A DNA stretch of 64,000 bases from an uncultured Chloroflexia bacterium (GTDB lineage: Bacteria > Chloroflexota > Limnocylindria > Limnocylindrales > CSP1-4): the NCBI GenBank assembly GCA_963757865.1, contig CAVWSU010000013.1:320350-384349 (forward strand), written 5' to 3'. Positions within the stretch are counted from its first letter, which is position 1; every line of letters begins with the position of its first letter. Of the stretch, positions 10,434 to 19,454 are shown in pieces. A program made the translations under genes and the position numbers. A model generated the notes under the pieces. That model was not told the origin of the DNA, did no database searches, and was given only the letters and a program-made list of their open reading frames with translations.

Positions 10434-10485
10434 TTGACACGAGGTGCCGGCCGGGGGCACCATCGCATGACTGACCAGTCAGTCA
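10434..10485 (+). promoter_or_regulatory. Promoter and TetR operator
   Basis: TTGACA-N18-CACCAT followed by the inverted repeat TGACTGAC-ca-GTCAGTCA (10468-10485). Confidence 0.65.
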
Positions 10486-10497
10486 CGAGGCGGCGCA

Positions 10498-11118
10498 GTG
10501 ACCCCTGCCGGCGGGCCCGATCGGAAGAGCCAGATTCTCGACGCGGCGTCCATCGTGTTCGCCCGGCTCGGGTTCGCCCCCGCCCGGATGGACGACGTGG
10601 CGAGCGAGTCGGGCTTGAGCAAGGGCGCGCTGTACCTGTACTTCCGCAGCAAGGACCAGCTGATCGACGCGCTCGTCGGACGCATGGTGGACCTCGAGAT
10701 GCGTCGCCTGTCCGAGATCCGCTCGAGCGAGGGGACCGCATCGGAACGGCTGGCGCGTTTCGTCGCCTACTACGTGGCCGAACTCGAACGGATCGCGCTT
10801 CTGGCACCCATCGTCATGGAGGTCTACGCGCGGGCGATGCGCCACCACACGGTCCGCGAGGTGATGCAACGGTATCTCGAGGGGTTTCGGGCCGAGCTCG
10901 CCGCGCTCGTGGCCGACGGCATCGCGCAGGGCGAATTCACGAGTGTCGATCCGGACACGGTCGCGGTCGCCCTGACCGGGCTGCTCGAAGGACTCGCGCT
11001 CCTGTGGCTGCTCGATCGCGAGCGTGTGCAGCTCGCGGACGCCGCTCAAACCGGCCTGCGCCTGATGCTTGCGGGGCTTCGGCCTCCCCATCCCCGGAAC
11101 GCCGAGGTGACACCGTGA
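10498..11118 (+). CDS. TetR/AcrR family regulator
   Basis: ILDAASIVFARLGF...MDDVASESGLSKGALYLYFRSKDQL HTH. Confidence 0.92.
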   Translation: MTPAGGPDRKSQILDAASIVFARLGFAPARMDDVASESGLSKGALYLYFRSKDQLIDALVGRMVDLEMRRLSEIRSSEGTASERLARFVAYYVAELERIALLAPIVMEVYARAMRHHTVREVMQRYLEGFRAELAALVADGIAQGEFTSVDPDTVAVALTGLLEGLALLWLLDRERVQLADAAQTGLRLMLAGLRPPHPRNAEVTP

Positions 11119-12035
11119 CGCCTCCGCCCGCACGGGGCGACCGCGCCGTCCCAGCCCTCCGCATCGAGGGGCTCGTCAAGGACTACGGCGCGATCCATGC
11201 CGTCCGCGGCATCGACCTCGAGGTCCGTCGCGGCGAGGTGTTCGGTTTCCTGGGCCCGAACGGCGCCGGCAAGACGACGACGATCCGCTGCCTCCTCGAC
11301 CTCCTGCGACCCACGGCTGGCCGCATCGAGGTGCTCGGCCTCGATCCGCGGCGGGACGGCGTCACGGTCCGCTCGCGCGTGGCGTACCTGCCGGGGGAGC
11401 TGCGACTCCCCGAGCGGTGGACCGGCGCCGAACTGGTCGAAAGTGTCGGTCGGCTGCGCGGGAGGTCGGATGGCAGACGTCGCGACGAGCTCGCGGAGCG
11501 CCTGGGTCTCGACCTCGGCCGGCGGATGCGCGATCTCTCGAGCGGCAACCGTCGCAAGGTCGCGCTCCTCCTGGCGTTCCTGGCGGATGCGGAACTGCTC
11601 ATCCTCGACGAACCGACGAGCGGGCTCGATCCGCTGGTGCAGCACGAGTTCCTGCGCCTGGTCCGGGAGGCTCGGGAGGCCGGCAGGACCGTCTTCCTCT
11701 CGTCGCACGTCCTCAGCGAGGTGCAGCGTGCGGCCGACAGGGTGGCGGTGCTCAGGACCGGGAAGGTCGTGGCCGTCGGAACCGTGGAGGAGCTGCGCGG
11801 CAGAGCCCGCCAGCGCGTCGAGGTGTGGTTCGCCAACGACCCACCGGCATCGGACCTCGCGGGCCTGCCGGGCCTCGCCGACGCATCCGTGGACGACCAC
11901 CGGCTGAGCGCGGTCCTCTCGGGGCCGATCCAGCCGCTGCTCGAGGTCCTCGCCCGCCACGAGGTGGTGAGCATGCTCGTGGAGGAGCCGGACCTCGAGG
12001 ACGCGTTCCTCGACCTGTACGCGGAGGGATCATGA
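11115..12035 (+). CDS. ABC transporter ATP-binding protein
   Basis: GPNGAGKTT, LSSGNRRK, LILDEPTSGLD; GTGA overlap with the tetR stop. Confidence 0.92.
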   Translation: MTPPPARGDRAVPALRIEGLVKDYGAIHAVRGIDLEVRRGEVFGFLGPNGAGKTTTIRCLLDLLRPTAGRIEVLGLDPRRDGVTVRSRVAYLPGELRLPERWTGAELVESVGRLRGRSDGRRRDELAERLGLDLGRRMRDLSSGNRRKVALLLAFLADAELLILDEPTSGLDPLVQHEFLRLVREAREAGRTVFLSSHVLSEVQRAADRVAVLRTGKVVAVGTVEELRGRARQRVEVWFANDPPASDLAGLPGLADASVDDHRLSAVLSGPIQPLLEVLARHEVVSMLVEEPDLEDAFLDLYAEGS

Positions 12036-12838
12036 ACAGGCGGCGAGTCGAATTGATCCTCGTCCCGCTGGGGGCACTGCGTCGCAGCAGCCTCATCTGG
12101 GGTGCCGTCCTTGCCGTCTTCGCCGGCGTGACGGTGGCCTTCTGGCCGGCCTTCCAGGGCTCGTCGGCGATCAGCCAGGCATTTGACCAGATGCCGAGCG
12201 GAATCGTCCAGGCCCTCGGCATGCAGGACATCGGTACCCCGGCCGGCTTCCTGCGTGGCAACCTCTACGACTTCCTGATCCCGCTCCTGCTCATCGGCGC
12301 GGCCGTCGCGATGGCCAGCGGCCAGACCGCGGGCGAGGAGGACGCGGGCCGCCTCGAGCTGTTCCTGGCACAGCCCGTGTCGCGCGGCGCGCTGTTCATC
12401 GGGCGCGTCGTGGCACTGGTGATCGCGGTTGCGATCGTGGTGGTCATGGTGCTCGTGGGCCAGCTCGCATCCGACGCTGCGGTGGGCCTGGACCTCCCGG
12501 CGTCGAATCTGATCGCGACGGTGCTGCTGTGCGCCATGCTCGCGCTCATGCACGCCGGTCTCGCCTTCACCATTGCCGGGTGGCTGCCCCGCCCGTCCGC
12601 GGCACTCGGTGTCGCGATCGCGGTCGGCGTGGCGGGATATCTCGTGGTCGCCCTCTTCCCGCTCACCGCGACCCTGGCTCCGTGGCGACACATCTCACCG
12701 TGGGACTGGGCGTTCGGCGGCGATCCGCTGGTGCACGGAACCGACGCCTGGCGCTACGTCGCCCTCGCCGTGCCCGCCATCGCGCTGGCCGGGTTGGGGG
12801 CGTTCGGCTTCAGTCGGCGCGACGTCCGCGCCGGCTGA
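12032..12838 (+). CDS. ABC-2 type exporter permease
   Basis: Six TM segments, GEEDAGRLELFLAQPVSR motif, ATGA coupling. Confidence 0.85.
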   Translation: MNRRRVELILVPLGALRRSSLIWGAVLAVFAGVTVAFWPAFQGSSAISQAFDQMPSGIVQALGMQDIGTPAGFLRGNLYDFLIPLLLIGAAVAMASGQTAGEEDAGRLELFLAQPVSRGALFIGRVVALVIAVAIVVVMVLVGQLASDAAVGLDLPASNLIATVLLCAMLALMHAGLAFTIAGWLPRPSAALGVAIAVGVAGYLVVALFPLTATLAPWRHISPWDWAFGGDPLVHGTDAWRYVALAVPAIALAGLGAFGFSRRDVRAG

Positions 12839-12898
12839 CAGGGTGCACGGAGGCGCGCCGACGCACGGCGCCGGCGAGACACGGAAGGATCGGCGGCC

Positions 12899-14077
12899 AT
12901 GAGTTCGGGCCAGGTGGACCAGCCGGCGCCGCCCGCCGGCGTGCTCCGGTGGATTCTCACGCTGCCCGTCTACCTCTTCCGGGCGCACCTCGGGTTCCTG
13001 TTCGGACACCGGTTCCTCGTCCTCGTGCACGAAGGCCGGCACAGCCACCGGCGCCGGGAGACGCCGCTGGAGGTCCTGCACTTCGACCCGGATTGTGGCG
13101 AGGCGATCGTGGCGGCGGGGTGGGGGCGGCGAACCGGGTGGCTCCATAACGTCGAGGCGGGCCTTGGCCGTGAGGTCTGGATCGGCCGCAGCCGCTTCGT
13201 GCCGGCGTGGCGCCGCCTCCCGACCGACGAGGCCGTCGCCGTCCTCGAGCAGTACGAGCGCCAGGCCGGCATACCGCCATCGATCGTCCGGGCCGTCCTC
13301 GGGCGTCTTCTCGGCTGGCCCTACGACGGCACGCCGGCCGCGCGCCGGCGGGCCGCGGAGCAGCTCCCGCTCCTCGCCCTCCGGCCGGCAGCCCCGGAAC
13401 CGCCGACGCCGTGGACCGGCGTCAGCCGCGTCCGTCGCACGCACGACCAGGCGCGCACCAGCTACGACCGTCTGAGCCGCTGGTACGACGTGTTCGAGGA
13501 GCCGTTCGAACGCGCGGCCCGTCGACGAGCGATCGGGATGCTCACTCCCGTCGCGGGGCAGACCGTCCTCGAGGTCGGCTTCGGGACGGGGCACGACCTG
13601 GTGACGCTGGCGCGCGCCGTCGGCTCGACCGGGCACGTCTGGGGGTTGGACCTCTCCGCCGACATGCGCCGGGTGGCCGAGCGGCGGGTCCGCGATTCGG
13701 GTCTGACCGATCGCGTCGAGCTCCGGACGGGTGACGCCGTGTCGATGCCGTACGCAGACGGCACGGTCGACGCCCTCGTCATGAGCTTCACGCTGGAACT
13801 CTTCGATACCCCGGAGGTGCCCCTGGTCCTCGCCGAATGCCGGCGCGTGCTGCGTTCGGGCGGCTCCGCGGCCGTCACGTCGCTCGGACGGCGCGATCGC
13901 CCGAGCGCGTGGGTCCGGCTCTACGAGCTGGGGCACGAGCTGCTCCCCGCGGTGGTCGACTGCCGTCCGATTCCACTCGAGGCCGCCCTGGCTGAATCGG
14001 GCTTCGACGTCCGCGATGCCGAACGTGGATCCTTGTGGGGATTGCCGGTCGACACCGTCCTTGCGGCCCGACCCTGA
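12899..14077 (+). CDS. Fusion of a deazaflavin(F420)-dependent nitroreductase-family (DUF385) domain and a class I SAM methyltransferase
   Basis: N-terminal FLVLVHEGRHSHRRRETPLEV...AAGWGRRTGWLHNV; C-terminal VLEVGFGTG, GLDLSADM, TGDAVSMPYADGTVD. Confidence 0.8.
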   Translation: MSSGQVDQPAPPAGVLRWILTLPVYLFRAHLGFLFGHRFLVLVHEGRHSHRRRETPLEVLHFDPDCGEAIVAAGWGRRTGWLHNVEAGLGREVWIGRSRFVPAWRRLPTDEAVAVLEQYERQAGIPPSIVRAVLGRLLGWPYDGTPAARRRAAEQLPLLALRPAAPEPPTPWTGVSRVRRTHDQARTSYDRLSRWYDVFEEPFERAARRRAIGMLTPVAGQTVLEVGFGTGHDLVTLARAVGSTGHVWGLDLSADMRRVAERRVRDSGLTDRVELRTGDAVSMPYADGTVDALVMSFTLELFDTPEVPLVLAECRRVLRSGGSAAVTSLGRRDRPSAWVRLYELGHELLPAVVDCRPIPLEAALAESGFDVRDAERGSLWGLPVDTVLAARP

Positions 14078-14087
14078 GCGTGGCTCG

Positions 14088-15074
14088 TCACCCACCGTCG
14101 GATCGCTGCGCACGCGTCTCCGCCCCGCCCGCCGCCTTCCGCTCGAGGTCGACGACCAGGCGTTGCCCATCGTTCACGGCGGCGCGCGCCGCCTCCGGCG
14201 CCGTCTCCGCGCGCCGGAGCGCGACGGAGCTCGGGCTCACGCTCCACGGCGAGGAGCGCGACGAGCTCGGCGGCCGCCACGAGCACGATCGCCGTCAGGT
14301 AGAACCAGAGCACGACCACCACGGCCCCTGCCACCGGGCCGTACGTCGCTCCGTACGACGAGTGCCCGATGTAGAAGGCGAACCCCGCCGTCATGACCAG
14401 CCAGCCCACGGCGAACACGACGCCTCCCACCAGTATCCAGCGCCAGGGGGTGTGGACGTTCGGCGCGAGCCGGAAGACGAGCGCCGCGGCCGCCGACAGC
14501 AGGGCGAACATCGCGGGCCAGCGCAGCAGCACGAGGAGCGTCGACGCGAGGGCGCCGAATCCCTGCTGGCGGCGACCTCCTGGATAATCCCGGCTCCCGC
14601 TACGAGCGCCACGAACGCGACGACCACGCCCGTGCCGGCAAGCACTGTGAGGATCACGGCCACGGCGATGCGTGCGAGGAACGGACGCGTCTCGTGCACC
14701 TCGTAGGCCCGGTTCATGGCGTCCATCAGCGCGTTCAGGCCGCCCCCGGCCGCGTAGATCGTGCCGAGGGCGCCGATCGAGAGCAGGTCGGGCCGTGCGC
14801 GCATCGCCAGGTCGTGCAGCTGTGTGGCGATCGGGCCGGTCAGTCCGCCGGGCCGCGTGCCGAGCAGCGTGTGGGCGAGGGCGTCACTCGGGTTGCCGGG
14901 GCCCGAATGACCGGCCAGGAGCGCGCCCACCGACGCGACGAAGACCCCGAACGGGAAGAGCGCGAGCAGGAACCGGAACGCCAGCTCGGCGGCCAGGCCG
15001 GTCAGGCCGGTCAGGTCGTCGTCGAGGCACCGCCTGACGTACCGGCGGACCGCGCCCGGTACGACGTCTCTCAT
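14088..15074 (-). pseudogene. YihY/virulence factor BrkB family membrane protein, frameshifted
   Basis: LAAELAFRFLLALFP in one frame continues as YGATYGPVAGAVVVVLWFYL in another. One base is missing at ~14568; a possible second shift near 14220 makes the 3' end uncertain. Confidence 0.7.
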
Positions 15075-15300
15075 GACACGGCAGCAGGCCACGAGGACGC
15101 AGCCGGCGATCGCACCCGGACGGCCGTTCGGGCTGCCAGTGGCGTTACGGTGCCGGCCCGGATCCATGGCGCCCTCGACGCTGCCCGGGCACGCGATTCG
15201 CCTGTGCCGGCCTGCCGGCACGATCGCTACCCTGATGGGATGAACCTCGCCCGGCGGTGTCGCCACGGCAGCGCCTGCGGCCGCCGCGAACGGCACCCGC

Positions 15301-16005
15301 GTGTCTGACTTCACGACGCTCCGCGAGGGCTCGCTCCACGCGGCGCTCAAGGCCCGCTATGCCGCGACCGTCGTCGACGGGCGGGTCGAGGTGGACGTGG
15401 ACGGCTTCGTCGTCGACGTCGCCGGCCGGGACGAGCTCGTCGAGATCCAGACCGCGAGCTTTGCGTCCCTCCGGCGCAAGCTCGAGCGACTCGTCGCGTC
15501 CCACCGCGTCGTCCTCGTCCATCCCGTCCCGATCGAGAAGTGGCTCGTGAGGGTCGATGCCGACGGCGTGATCCTGGGGCGCCGCCGCTCTCCGAAGCGT
15601 GGTCTCGGGCTCGACCTGTTCGACGAGCTGGTGCACATCCCCGCGCTCGTCGCCGATCCGTGCTTCCGGATCGAGCTTCTGCTCGTGCGAGAGGAGGAGA
15701 TCCGGGGGCCGGTCCCCGTGGGCGCCAGGTTCCGCTATCCGCGGGACTGGTGGCGCCTTGACCGCCGGCTGATCGAGGTGGTCGAAACCCGGCGCATCGA
15801 CGGCCCGGCCGACCTGCTCGGTCTCCTCCCGCCGGGACTGCCGGAACCCTTCACGAGCGCCGACATCGCCACGGCAAGCGGACGCCCCAGGCGCCTGGCG
15901 ATGCGCGCCGCCTACTGCCTCGAGCGATCGGGCGCCATCGACCGGCTGGATCGCCGGGGGCGGCTCATGACGTACGCGCGTCGGGTCCCCACCGCGCCAG
16001 GTTGA
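15301..16005 (+). CDS. Hypothetical protein with PD-(D/E)XK nuclease-like motif and C-terminal HTH-like segment
   Basis: EGSLHAALK...EVDVDGFVVDV...VEIQT pattern; function inferred only. Confidence 0.6.
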   Translation: MSDFTTLREGSLHAALKARYAATVVDGRVEVDVDGFVVDVAGRDELVEIQTASFASLRRKLERLVASHRVVLVHPVPIEKWLVRVDADGVILGRRRSPKRGLGLDLFDELVHIPALVADPCFRIELLLVREEEIRGPVPVGARFRYPRDWWRLDRRLIEVVETRRIDGPADLLGLLPPGLPEPFTSADIATASGRPRRLAMRAAYCLERSGAIDRLDRRGRLMTYARRVPTAPG

Positions 16006-16483
16006 CGTTCAGGTACGCCGGGTCGGTGCTCACCTCTCGCACGACCCGGAGCTCGGGCGGGAGGTCCGGCTCCGGCGCGTCGGGCCGATCGAACTCGATC
16101 TCGAGCACGACGAGACCGGCCGGCTGCTCGAACACGTCGAGCTCGAGCGTGTTGCCGGCGTAGGAGAACACGTGGCGGGTCTTCCGGATCGGGTGGCGGT
16201 CCACATCGGCCTCGTCCAGCAGGCGCGTGTACTCGGCGACGTCGATCGCCCGCTCGCGCTCCTCGCGCACGATGCCCGACACGGCGGCCTTCTCGGTGTA
16301 CGTCCACGTGGTCCGCCCATCGAGGACGCTGGACCGCACACGGCGCACCGGCGCCCCCGGTGTCGGGCGCAGGTAGATCTGCTCGATCCGGATCGCGCGT
16401 GCCCCGAGCGAGCGCAGTTCGGCGGCCGAGGGCGCCTCGGCGAGCAGCCATTTTCGCTCGATCTCGAGTCCGGAACCCTTCAT
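15965..16483 (-). CDS. CYTH (triphosphate tunnel metalloenzyme) domain protein
   Basis: EIERKW N-terminal motif, IEQIYL, REERERAI, RKTRH, ELDVF, LEIEF. Confidence 0.85.
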   Translation of the reverse strand: MKGSGLEIERKWLLAEAPSAAELRSLGARAIRIEQIYLRPTPGAPVRRVRSSVLDGRTTWTYTEKAAVSGIVREERERAIDVAEYTRLLDEADVDRHPIRKTRHVFSYAGNTLELDVFEQPAGLVVLEIEFDRPDAPEPDLPPELRVVREVSTDPAYLNVNLARWGPDARTS

Positions 16484-16576
16484 CGGCCAGCCTCCGTGGG
16501 GGAGGGCGGGGCGACGGTCTTCACCGCCGGTCGCCTCACGGCTGCGAGTCCCGCATGCACGTCGGGCACGACGAAG

Positions 16577-16604
16577 ACGGTATCCCCGACGGGTGCGCTG
16601 TCAA
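16577..16604 (-). promoter_or_regulatory. Sigma70-type promoter of the CYTH gene
   Basis: TTGACA-N16-TACCGT on the minus strand. Confidence 0.5.
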
Positions 16605-16754
16605 GCAGGCGAGGCGGGCATGTGCGTCACAGCCGGTTGGCAACTCTTGCGTGCGGGGTGTTCTAGCTGTGGGCGGTTGCCCGCGCAACGGGTACATCCG
16701 CGCCATAGCAGACAGCCGGGCAGGTGCCGCCCGCCCCCGAGCTGCGTTAGGGCA

Positions 16755-18641
16755 TCACGGAGAGGAGAAGGTGATCGGGGCGAGGGTATAGGCGAAGCCG
16801 TTGCCGAGGGTTGCGACGATCACGCACTGGTCGGTGCAAGCGATCGTCGGCGCAGCCAGGGGCCCGGACGCCGCGTGCGACTGGACGGTGAAGGTCCCCT
16901 CGCCAGCACGCGTCGCATCGGTCCCGAGGAAGGGTTGCCCGGCCAGCTGCGCCCCGCACCCGAGGTCGGTCGCGTCCGCGGCCGACGCGCACTCCGAGAG
17001 GAACACCTTGCCGCCCACGCCGAAGCCCGTGACCCGCACGACCACGAGCAGGCCGTCGATGAGCCCGTGGGAGGGCAGCACGACGATCGTCGGGTGATCG
17101 ACGGACAGCGCGGGCACGAGCGAGCCGACCGGAACGGGCGAGGTCGGCGCGACGGCTGCGCTCGGCGACGGTGCGACTGCCGTCGCATGCCAGACCGGGG
17201 TCGCGGTGGTGTCGCCGGTCCCCCAGCCAATCGCCACCAGGCCATCCGGCACGAGGAACACCTGACGCAACCAGCGGCCCGTCTGCTGCGGCACCGCGTT
17301 CGCCGGATCCGTGGCGGTCGCGCCGGACAGCGCGAGTTCGCGCCAGTCGGTGCCGTTCGTCGAGACCCAGTAGGAAAGGAGGGGCTGGCTCGTATCGGCG
17401 ACAGCGAGGATGTGCGTGCCGTCGTCCGCGAGCGTGTAGGACGGCAGGCTGGCCGCACCGGGTGCAGGCGATGGAGCGCCGGACACGCTGGCGGCGATCG
17501 GCACCCAGGTGCGCCCGTCGGGCGAGGTCCAGGCCGCAGAGTCCCGGCCGTCGCTCGTAGCGCCGACGGCGACAAGCCCCTCGCTTCCGGCGTAGATCAT
17601 GGCCAGATTCGATCCGCCACTGCCCGGGCCCTCCACGCTCGCCTTGGTCCAGGTCCGCCCGTCGGCCGACCACCAGGCCGCCGCGGTCGTCGGGATGGTC
17701 GATGCCGGTCCCCCCGTGACGCTCACCTGTTGGCTGCCGGTCCCGCCCCCCACCACGTAGCCCGGCCCGGCAGGGCGGACGGTCGAGAGATGGGCGTCGG
17801 CGAACGCCGCGCCAAGATCCAGGCGCGTCCAGGTCGCACCGGTGCCCGAGACCCAGATGGCCGGTGCGTTCCAGCCGGTGTCGCCGACCGCGACCAGGCC
17901 CGCCGGACCGTCGGTGATCGCGCTGATGCTTGCGCCGACGAACGGCGAGGCGTCCGGGATGGGAGTCCATGTGACCCCGTCGGGCGAGATCCAGAGCATG
18001 AGCGGCGCCGGGCTGCACGTCGCCGCAGCTCCCTGGCCGTGGCAGGCCGGCTGCCCGTCCGCGCCCCACGCCACGAGGCCGTCTCGTGCGCCCACGAGCA
18101 CGACCATGTCCGTGCCTGCGAACTGCGATCCGGCGCGCCCGAGCCTGGTCCACGTACTTCCGTCCGCCGAGCGCCAGACGGCTGCCTCCACCACGGTCCC
18201 CGACACGGCCTCGCCAGCCGCGTAGAGCGCGCCGTCGAACGACACCATGCTCGTGACGAACGACGCGTCGGGGATGCCCAGCGGGGCCGACCAGCGCAGG
18301 CCGCTCCAGGGGCCGCTGACCGCCCCTATGCCCGGCGACTGGGCGGGCTGCGGCGAGCCCACACTGGGAGTCCCGGTCGCGAGTGGCGGCGCCGTCCCCG
18401 GCAGCGCCCCGGTCTGCGCCGGTGGCCGAGTCGCGACGAGGAACCCGCCCGCGACGACGATCACGGCCGCGGCCGTGAGTGCCGAGACGAGCCGCAGGCC
18501 GAAGCGGTCGATGAGCCGGTGTGACGGCACAGCGTCGGCTGGGATCCGCCGGATGCTCGCGCGCAGCTCGTCGGGCACGTCGCCCGTCGCCCGCCGCAGG
18601 AGCGCGTCGCGCACCTCGCGCTCGAAGCGCTCGTCGTTCAT
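16755..18641 (-). CDS. Membrane-anchored anti-sigma candidate: cytoplasmic N-terminus, TM helix, Asp-box/BNR-like repeats, C-terminal neocarzinostatin-apoprotein-like domain
   Basis: ATGA-coupled to the sigma gene. About six W-x-S-x-D/T-G-x-x-W repeats. C-terminal VLPSHGLIDG...VTGF...SECA...GC...ACTDQCVIV...PITFS with four Cys. Confidence 0.75.
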   Translation of the reverse strand: MNDERFEREVRDALLRRATGDVPDELRASIRRIPADAVPSHRLIDRFGLRLVSALTAAAVIVVAGGFLVATRPPAQTGALPGTAPPLATGTPSVGSPQPAQSPGIGAVSGPWSGLRWSAPLGIPDASFVTSMVSFDGALYAAGEAVSGTVVEAAVWRSADGSTWTRLGRAGSQFAGTDMVVLVGARDGLVAWGADGQPACHGQGAAATCSPAPLMLWISPDGVTWTPIPDASPFVGASISAITDGPAGLVAVGDTGWNAPAIWVSGTGATWTRLDLGAAFADAHLSTVRPAGPGYVVGGGTGSQQVSVTGGPASTIPTTAAAWWSADGRTWTKASVEGPGSGGSNLAMIYAGSEGLVAVGATSDGRDSAAWTSPDGRTWVPIAASVSGAPSPAPGAASLPSYTLADDGTHILAVADTSQPLLSYWVSTNGTDWRELALSGATATDPANAVPQQTGRWLRQVFLVPDGLVAIGWGTGDTTATPVWHATAVAPSPSAAVAPTSPVPVGSLVPALSVDHPTIVVLPSHGLIDGLLVVVRVTGFGVGGKVFLSECASAADATDLGCGAQLAGQPFLGTDATRAGEGTFTVQSHAASGPLAAPTIACTDQCVIVATLGNGFAYTLAPITFSSP

Positions 18642-19198
18642 CGTGCCACCCCTGCGGCCCGCTCGGCCGCCTCGTAGCTCGCCCGCAGGGCAGACAACCC
18701 GCGGTGCAGACGGCTCTTCACGGTTCCCTCGGGCAGGCCCATGCGAGCCGCGATGCCGGGTACGCTCAGGTCCTCGACGAACCGCAGCGCGAGCACGAGA
18801 CGCTGGTCGGCCGGGAGGTCGGCAAGCGCCTGATCGAGGGCCTCGTGCTCGGCGGTACCGGCGAACGGGTCCGGGGCAGGCGGATCCGGCAGGGCGACCG
18901 GCAGCAGCCGGCGGCGGCGCGAGCGATCCCGGCACTGGTTCACGAGGATCCGGTCGAACCAGGCGTCAAAGCGGGCCGGATCGCGCAGCTCGTGCCAGTG
19001 GTGCCATGCCTGCAGCGCCGCATCGTGCACGGCGTCCTGCGCCTCCGACGGATCGCCGAGCACGATGCCGGCGAGCCGGTAGGCGCGCGTCAGTCGCGCG
19101 GCCGTCAGGCGCTCGAACGCCTCCCACGCCCCCGTCCGCGTCCCCCCGGACGTGCTGTCCACCAGCCCGACCCTCTCAAGCTCCTCCGCCCCGATCAT
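18638..19198 (-). CDS. ECF (sigma-70 group 4) RNA polymerase sigma factor
   Basis: Region 2 AQDAVHDAALQAW...FDAWFDRILVNQCRD; region 4 RLVLALRFVEDLSVPGIAARMGLPEGTVKSRLHRG. Confidence 0.92.
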   Translation of the reverse strand: MIGAEELERVGLVDSTSGGTRTGAWEAFERLTAARLTRAYRLAGIVLGDPSEAQDAVHDAALQAWHHWHELRDPARFDAWFDRILVNQCRDRSRRRRLLPVALPDPPAPDPFAGTAEHEALDQALADLPADQRLVLALRFVEDLSVPGIAARMGLPEGTVKSRLHRGLSALRASYEAAERAAGVAR

Positions 19199-19205
19199 GT
19201 TTTCC

Positions 19206-19233
19206 AGACGAACGAGACCAGGCCGATCGTTCC
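19206..19233 (-). promoter_or_regulatory. Putative ECF autoregulatory promoter (leaderless transcript)
   Basis: GGAAC-N18-CGTCT, ending 7 nt before the sigma ATG; no Shine-Dalgarno. Confidence 0.5.
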
Positions 19234-19454
19234 ATCTTCGTCGGTCGGAGGTTCAATCGTCGCGCCAGCCTGGGCTGGATGGCTGACCCTGTCCAGTGGA
19301 CCGAAGTTCGTCAGGTTGGTTGTGTCCGCAACCGCCCCACAGTTAGCACACCCCCAGGCCGCGAGATACCAACCGGCTGTGACGCACAAGGAGGCGGGCA
19401 CACGACGGCAGTCGGGCGCGTCTTCGGCGGCGCGGTGGGTGCCGCGGGCGCGAC

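Larger units (their letters stand above)
16619..19390. mobile_element. Non-autonomous TIR-bounded cassette (no transposase) carrying an ECF sigma / anti-sigma pair
   Basis: Left end CATGTGCGTCACAGCCGGTTGG...GGGCGGTTGC (16619-16680) and the reverse complement of 19328-19390 match at 50 of 63 aligned positions, with 21/22 at the tips. Both ends are flanked by the 8-bp direct repeat GAGGCGGG (16611-16618, 19391-19398). Confidence 0.8.

Noticed and set aside
10467-10497. Alternative leaderless tetR start at ATG 10467
   Set aside because: Out of frame with the TetR domain; GTG 10498 has a GAGG RBS.
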